In this document: positions 44,456 to 48,950 of the stretch, piece after piece
How the letters are laid out: every line of letters begins with the position of its first letter
How positions within the stretch are numbered: position 1 is the stretch's first letter
Assembly: GCA_005800965.1 (NCBI GenBank)
Contig: SYEA01000048.1
Span: forward strand, 1-48,950
Source: Actinomycetota bacterium
GTDB lineage: Bacteria > Actinomycetota > Acidimicrobiia > Acidimicrobiales > Ilumatobacteraceae
DNA length: 48,950 bases
Direction: 5' to 3'
Translations under genes and position numbers: made by a program
Notes under the pieces: generated by a model
What the model was told of the DNA's origin: nothing
What the model saw: only the letters and a program-made list of their open reading frames with translations
Database searches by the model: none

Positions 44456-45982
44456 ATGACCAAGCCCACCGCACCGATCGAGTTTGGTGACGGCGAGGTG
44501 CGTTCACGCTGGACAACTGCTGGCAGTACCCCGCGAAACACTGCCACCGACATCGCTGCCCTGCTGCGTGACCTTGCAGCCGTCTGCCCGACAAGCACCC
44601 AACTCGTTGACCTCGCCGAGCATGCTCGCGATTGGTGGCCATTGGCAATGCGCTGGGCCCTGCAATCACAAGTGCCGCAACTGCCACTCGTGGTTGCCTC
44701 ACCGCGCAACACCGACGAAGTGCAACGCGCTATGCGTACCTGTGCGGCACACGATGTGCCAGTCACGGTGACTGCAGGTCGCAGTGGTGTGAGCGGTGCG
44801 TCAATTCCACTTTTTGGTGGTGTGGTGCTCAACATCAACGAACTGCAGGGCGTTATATCCGTGGATCGCACTTCGGGTGTGGTCGAAGTGCTCGCTGGCA
44901 CCTTCGGCCCCGATCTAGAGCGAGCAGCTGCCGAGCATTCACTTACGGTCGGACACTTTCCACAATCCTTCGATATCTCCACCGTGGGCGGATGGGTGGC
45001 GTGCTTGGGAGCCGGTCAATTTTCCACTCGCTACGGAAAAATCAACGACATGGTGGTGGGTCTCGAAGTAGTACTCGCTGACGGCTCCATCATTCGCACG
45101 GGTGGGGCGCCGGCTGCGGCACACGGGCCCGATGTATCGGCGATGTTCATCGGCAGCGAAGGCACCCTCGGGATCATCACCCGGGTGTGGCTGCGCGCCC
45201 ACGACGTGGCGCCAGTGCGCCGCAAAACTGCCTACTTCTTCCCGACTTTTTCGGCCGGGATCCTGGCGATGCGCGAAGCGATTCGCGCCGATGCCACACC
45301 CGCGGTGCTGCGGTTGTACGACGCCACCGAAAGCCAGCGCAGCCACGGCGGCGACGGCACAACCTGCACACTGATCGTGCTCGATGACGGCGAGCAAGAA
45401 ATAGTTGATGCCACACTCGCGGTGGTTGACCGATACGCGCGCACACACGGTGCGGTGATTGCACCAGTCGAGCGGGTGGATCACTGGCTCGCCCACCGCA
45501 ACGACACGAGCGGTTTGCAAGCACTCACCAAAAAGGGTTTCGTGATCGACACGATGGAAGTCGCCGCACCGTGGTCTGCAATGAACGAGGTGTATTCAAA
45601 CGTGTGTCGAGCCGTACTGGCCATCGATGGCGCCCGCAGCATAAGCGCCCACGTATCGCACAGCTACCTCGACGGTGCTTGTCTGTACTTCACGTTCGTG
45701 GGCACCACATCGACGCGCGAAATCAATCCAGCATCCACCGACGAACATGAAGCGTTGTACTTAGCCATCTGGAACGCAGCCCAGCGTGCAGCCCTAGAAG
45801 CTGGTGGCAACCTCGCTCACCATCACGGTGTCGGGCTGAATCGTGGTCGATTCATGCGCGAAGCCATGGGCGGTGCGTTTGATGTGTTGGTGGCGATGAA
45901 ACAAGCACTCGACCCCAACGACTTGTTGAACCCAGGCAAATTGGGTCTTCCCACAACTCGTGGCAAAGTCAAATATTCGTGA
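44456..45982 (+). CDS. FAD-linked oxidase (GlcD/AgpS-like, FAD_binding_4 family)
   Basis: PLVVASPRNTDEVQRAMRTCAAHDVPVTVTAGRSGVSGASIP FAD-binding region and C-terminal HHHGVGLNRGRFM block. ATG 44456. Confidence 0.85.
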   Translation: MTKPTAPIEFGDGEVRSRWTTAGSTPRNTATDIAALLRDLAAVCPTSTQLVDLAEHARDWWPLAMRWALQSQVPQLPLVVASPRNTDEVQRAMRTCAAHDVPVTVTAGRSGVSGASIPLFGGVVLNINELQGVISVDRTSGVVEVLAGTFGPDLERAAAEHSLTVGHFPQSFDISTVGGWVACLGAGQFSTRYGKINDMVVGLEVVLADGSIIRTGGAPAAAHGPDVSAMFIGSEGTLGIITRVWLRAHDVAPVRRKTAYFFPTFSAGILAMREAIRADATPAVLRLYDATESQRSHGGDGTTCTLIVLDDGEQEIVDATLAVVDRYARTHGAVIAPVERVDHWLAHRNDTSGLQALTKKGFVIDTMEVAAPWSAMNEVYSNVCRAVLAIDGARSISAHVSHSYLDGACLYFTFVGTTSTREINPASTDEHEALYLAIWNAAQRAALEAGGNLAHHHGVGLNRGRFMREAMGGAFDVLVAMKQALDPNDLLNPGKLGLPTTRGKVKYS

Positions 45983-47433
45983 GTGTTCTCGTTGTTGATG
46001 TTGGCACCACTGGTCTGCGTGCTGCAGTGGTGCGCGACGATGCAACCATCTCAGGCTTTACCTACGAAGCGTTGCCGCCATCGAGCCCGTTTGCCGGGCT
46101 AGTGGAGTTTGACGGTGCCGCGATGCGCGACGCCGTGCTGCGTGTGGCACGCGGCGCACTGTCGGTTGCTGGCCCGGTGCGCGCAGTGGGCATCACTGCT
46201 CAGCGCGCTTCCACCATCGTGTGGGACACCCGCACTGGTCTTCCCGTTGCCCCTGGTCTGAGTTGGCAAGATCTGCGCACTGTTGGCGACTGCATGCGCT
46301 TGCGCAGCGAGCACGGTTTGGTGTTTGCCCCCAACCAAACGGCCACCAAACTCACCTGGCTGACGGCCAATGTCGAAGCCGCTCGCTCACCCCACGCGCG
46401 CGCGGGCACGGTTGACACCTGGGTGGCAGCCGTGTTGAGCAACTTTGCCGTGCACGCCACCGACTCGTCCAATGCCGCAGTCACTGGTTTGGCAGACCAC
46501 GCATCTCTCGGCAAACACGAGTGGTCGACCAGCGTGCTCGAGACGCTCAACATCGACGCCCATCTGTTGCCGCGCATCGTGCCGACGATGAGTGTGATTG
46601 GCGATGCGACCGCGCTACCCGGATCCCCACCGATCATGGCGATGGTCGGCGACCAACAGGCGTCACTCGTTGGTCAGGGCGGCATCGTTGCTGGTGCAGC
46701 CAAGGCCACTTTTGGCACCGGTGGCATGTTGGACATCTATGCGGGCACCACCACCCCGACGCACTTGGCGCGCACGAAGAGTGGCACGTTTCCGATCGTG
46801 GTGTATTCACGGGGCACCACGCTGCACTGGGGTGCAGAGGCAATCATGCTCACCGCCGGCAGCAACGTGGAATGGTTGGTCAACGACATGGGGCTCATCC
46901 CCGACGCGCAGTCGAGTGATGCGATGGCCGCGTCGGTCGCATCGAGTGATGGCGTGATGTACGTGCCTGCTCTCATCGGTATGGGCACTCCGCACTGGGA
47001 TTACGGCGCTCGCGGCACCTTGCTCGGCCTCACCCGCGGCACCACCAAGGCCCACGTGGTGCGGGCGGTGCTCGAAGGTGTTGCGCATCGTGGTGCAGAT
47101 TTATTGGAGGCCAGTGAAATGGACACGGGCTTGCGTGTTGAACGCTTGCGCGTGGATGGTGGCATGAGCCGCAACGCCGTATTCGCCCAAGCGCTGGCCA
47201 ATGCCACCGGGCGACCGATCGACATCAGCCGTGACACCGAAGCAACCACGCTCGGGGCCGGGTTTTTGGCGGGAGTTACTGCTGGCGTGTGGGACAACTT
47301 GGCACAAACCGCCGCACTGGTGCAACCGTTACGCACGGTAGAGCCCACCGCTGCTCCGCTACGCGCACAATGGCACGAAGCAGTGCGACGGGCGCGGGGC
47401 TGGATTCCAGAACTCTCAGCGTTGGATTTTTAG
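45979..47433 (+). CDS. FGGY-family carbohydrate kinase, divergent GlpK paralogue
   Basis: VVDVGTTGLR, GITAQRASTIVWDTRTGLPVAPGLSWQDLRT, MVGDQQASLVGQG and RVDGGMSRN. GTG start overlaps the upstream stop as GTGA. Confidence 0.88.
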   Translation: MSVLVVDVGTTGLRAAVVRDDATISGFTYEALPPSSPFAGLVEFDGAAMRDAVLRVARGALSVAGPVRAVGITAQRASTIVWDTRTGLPVAPGLSWQDLRTVGDCMRLRSEHGLVFAPNQTATKLTWLTANVEAARSPHARAGTVDTWVAAVLSNFAVHATDSSNAAVTGLADHASLGKHEWSTSVLETLNIDAHLLPRIVPTMSVIGDATALPGSPPIMAMVGDQQASLVGQGGIVAGAAKATFGTGGMLDIYAGTTTPTHLARTKSGTFPIVVYSRGTTLHWGAEAIMLTAGSNVEWLVNDMGLIPDAQSSDAMAASVASSDGVMYVPALIGMGTPHWDYGARGTLLGLTRGTTKAHVVRAVLEGVAHRGADLLEASEMDTGLRVERLRVDGGMSRNAVFAQALANATGRPIDISRDTEATTLGAGFLAGVTAGVWDNLAQTAALVQPLRTVEPTAAPLRAQWHEAVRRARGWIPELSALDF

Positions 47434-47470
47434 CGACTATTCTTTTCAAGGTTCACTCGCGCCACGCTTT

Positions 47471-47968
47471 ATGACTCGCCCCGCTGCCATCACCCCGCCC
47501 ACCAAGGCTGATCGCGAACTCCTTGGCTTTGCCAACGCTGCCGAATTCGCCGCTCGCGACCTTTACGCCATAGCCGCCGCCTCTGCGGCCTTCACCGACG
47601 ATGAAAAAACTGTTCTTGTTGGTTTCCACAACCATCACCGCGCGGCGGCACAAGCGCTTGCCGGCATGGCGGGCTCGGTTGCCACCAACGAACCAGCCGC
47701 AGCCGTACTCGACATCTTTCGCAGTCGCCTCAGTGGGTCGGACAAAAATGCAATCTTTGAAGCACTCCGCGAACTAGAGAACACGTTGGCCTCCACCCAC
47801 TTGTCGTTGGTGGGCACGCTGGAAGGCACTGGGGGCGCAGCACTCGTGGCCTCTATTGTCAATACCGAAGCTCGTCAAGCCGCCACGTTGGCACTGCTCG
47901 GTGCACGCTCGCTCAACGACGCACTCACCAACGACGCCGCACCACTAAGCCTTGGAGCCAGTGCATGA
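47471..47968 (+). CDS. ferritin-like-domain protein (cytoplasmic, no signal peptide)
   Basis: DRELLGFANAAEFAARDLY and ELENTLASTHLSLV helices resemble the Ferritin_2-type four-helix bundle. The family call is tentative. Confidence 0.6.
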   Translation: MTRPAAITPPTKADRELLGFANAAEFAARDLYAIAAASAAFTDDEKTVLVGFHNHHRAAAQALAGMAGSVATNEPAAAVLDIFRSRLSGSDKNAIFEALRELENTLASTHLSLVGTLEGTGGAALVASIVNTEARQAATLALLGARSLNDALTNDAAPLSLGASA

Positions 47969-48768
47969 ACCGCTACTCCCGACGATCTGTGTTGCGCCTC
48001 GGTGGTGTTAGCGCCGCTGGCATCTTGCTGGCAGCGTGTGGCAAGCAAGCCGGGGTTGAAGAAAACAACAACATCAGAGCAGTCGGCGTCGTGCCCGAAG
48101 CCGAAGGGCTTTCCAATGTGGAAGTCACTGACATCGTGTTGCTGCGCACCGCTGCATCGCTTGAGTACAACGCCATCGATACCTACGAAGCTGCACTGGG
48201 ACTTGGCGTATTCACCGGTGCGTTCGCCGCAGCAGGCGACATCGCCAAGCGTATGCGCGACGACCATCGAGGTCATGCCGATGCCATCAACGGCCTGGTG
48301 ACGCAACTGGGTGGGCAACCCTTCACCTGCGGGAATCCTCGACTGAACGAGATCTATATCTCCCCCGCCCTTGCCCTGATTACCGACGCTGACAACGAGA
48401 ACCCGGCGCTCGACGTGGTGGTGCTCGCGCACGCCTTGGAGAACCTGGCTGCGCAGACCTACCAGGGCGTGGTCACCTTGCTTTCAGACAAGGCGTTGCG
48501 ACAAGCCGCCATGGGCATTGGTCAAGACGAAGCTCGACACGCAGCAGTGCTCGCCCAAGCGTTGAATCCGGGAATCGCCGGTGTGCTGCCGAGTGTCAAC
48601 GAAGCAACCGGTAAGCCCAACGTTGCCACCGTGCCAGGTGCATTCGGGCCGCTCACCCCAATTTCCGTCACCGTCGGCCCGGTGAATGCGGACGGCACGC
48701 GCAACTCGTTGATCCTCGAGACGCCGAGCCTGAATTCGCTCGCCTACGACGACGTCACCTGCGCCTAA
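47965..48768 (+). CDS. ferritin-like-domain protein with Tat signal and lipobox
   Basis: Twin-arginine signal SRRSVLRLGG, then lipobox LLAAC. DIVLLRTAASLEYNAIDTYEAAL and LAHALENLAAQTYQG helices. ATGA overlap with the preceding gene. Confidence 0.7.
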   Translation: MNRYSRRSVLRLGGVSAAGILLAACGKQAGVEENNNIRAVGVVPEAEGLSNVEVTDIVLLRTAASLEYNAIDTYEAALGLGVFTGAFAAAGDIAKRMRDDHRGHADAINGLVTQLGGQPFTCGNPRLNEIYISPALALITDADNENPALDVVVLAHALENLAAQTYQGVVTLLSDKALRQAAMGIGQDEARHAAVLAQALNPGIAGVLPSVNEATGKPNVATVPGAFGPLTPISVTVGPVNADGTRNSLILETPSLNSLAYDDVTCA

Positions 48769-48807
48769 CCGCCCCACCCGCCGAGCGCCCGTAGCCTGAA
48801 CTTTGAC

Positions 48808-48950
48808 GGCGAGTCAGTCGGGTGACCGCAGTTGCGCACGTTGTGCGTGGTTGAGGAAAGTCGGGACTTCGAAGGACAGAGTGCTGGCGCGAGCCAGGTC
48901 GGGGAAACCTGACATCCCGTGCAACAGAGAACACACCGCCGATGGCGCAG
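48808..48950 (+). ncRNA. rnpB: RNase P RNA (bacterial type A), 5' portion; continues past the right window edge
   Basis: GAGGAAAGTCGGGACTTC...ACAGAGTGCTGG...GGGGAAACCTGACATCCCGTGCAACAGAGAACACACCGCCGATGGCGCAG aligns by eye to the E. coli M1 RNA segments GAGGAAAGUCCGGGCUCC and GGGGGAAACCCACGACCAGUGCAACAGAGAGCAAACCGCCGAUGGCCCGCG. The 5' end is approximate. Confidence 0.88.

Noticed and set aside
48850-48868. The RNase P RNA conserved block reads GAGGAAAGTCGGGAC, versus the common GAGGAAAGUCCGGGC.
   Set aside because: It may be a lineage variant. The pairing partner (the 3' half of the RNA) lies outside the window, so compensatory changes cannot be assessed.

Overview
High-GC (about 60%), almost fully coding chromosomal segment of Actinomycetota type (taxon is inference: SepF but no FtsA, PimB'-like GT4, DUF3040, many ATGA/GTGA gene overlaps). 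Positions 1-16.9 kb (minus strand) hold a complete division/cell-wall (dcw) cluster: mraZ-rsmH-ftsL-ftsI-murE-mraY-murD-ftsW-murG-murC-murB/ftsQ-ftsZ-yggS-sepF-yggT, running straight into ileS. The rest is housekeeping:
- ABC exporter; an acyl-CoA dehydrogenase / small protein / HNH / lipoate-ligase-fold operon; ROK kinase, DUF3040, dinB, IMPase.
- OmpR-type two-component pair, glpK, aminotransferase, second ROK kinase, SRPBCC, PimB-like GT4, queG.
- A small Cys-rich / Zn-ribbon / PTP trio, RNase J, thrB, trpD, ABC-F, a fasciclin lipoprotein.
- A glpD-centred oxidoreductase/kinase group, two ferritin-like proteins, and the 5' part of RNase P RNA at the right edge.

I found no CRISPR array, transposase, integrase, prophage or recognisable defence system. 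The structures not explained by ordinary annotation, most interesting first:
1. A 14-bp tandem repeat fills the whole histidine-kinase-glpK spacer. It forms an unbroken chain of ATGA-linked 5-codon mini-ORFs ending at the glpK ATG.
2. murB and ftsQ lie in one uninterrupted reading frame.
3. A 20-bp long-range RNA helix buries the rsmH SD and AUG.
4. Seven helically phased GTGGG boxes sit in a G-run-rich mraZ leader.
5. A tail-anchored protein is built from 33/66-bp tandem repeats.
6. The dcw cluster lacks murF, pgeF and divIVA.
7. RNase J lacks its C-terminal domain.
8. A GlpK paralogue has lost its glycerol-binding residues.

All family calls come from motif recognition by eye. No database search was run.
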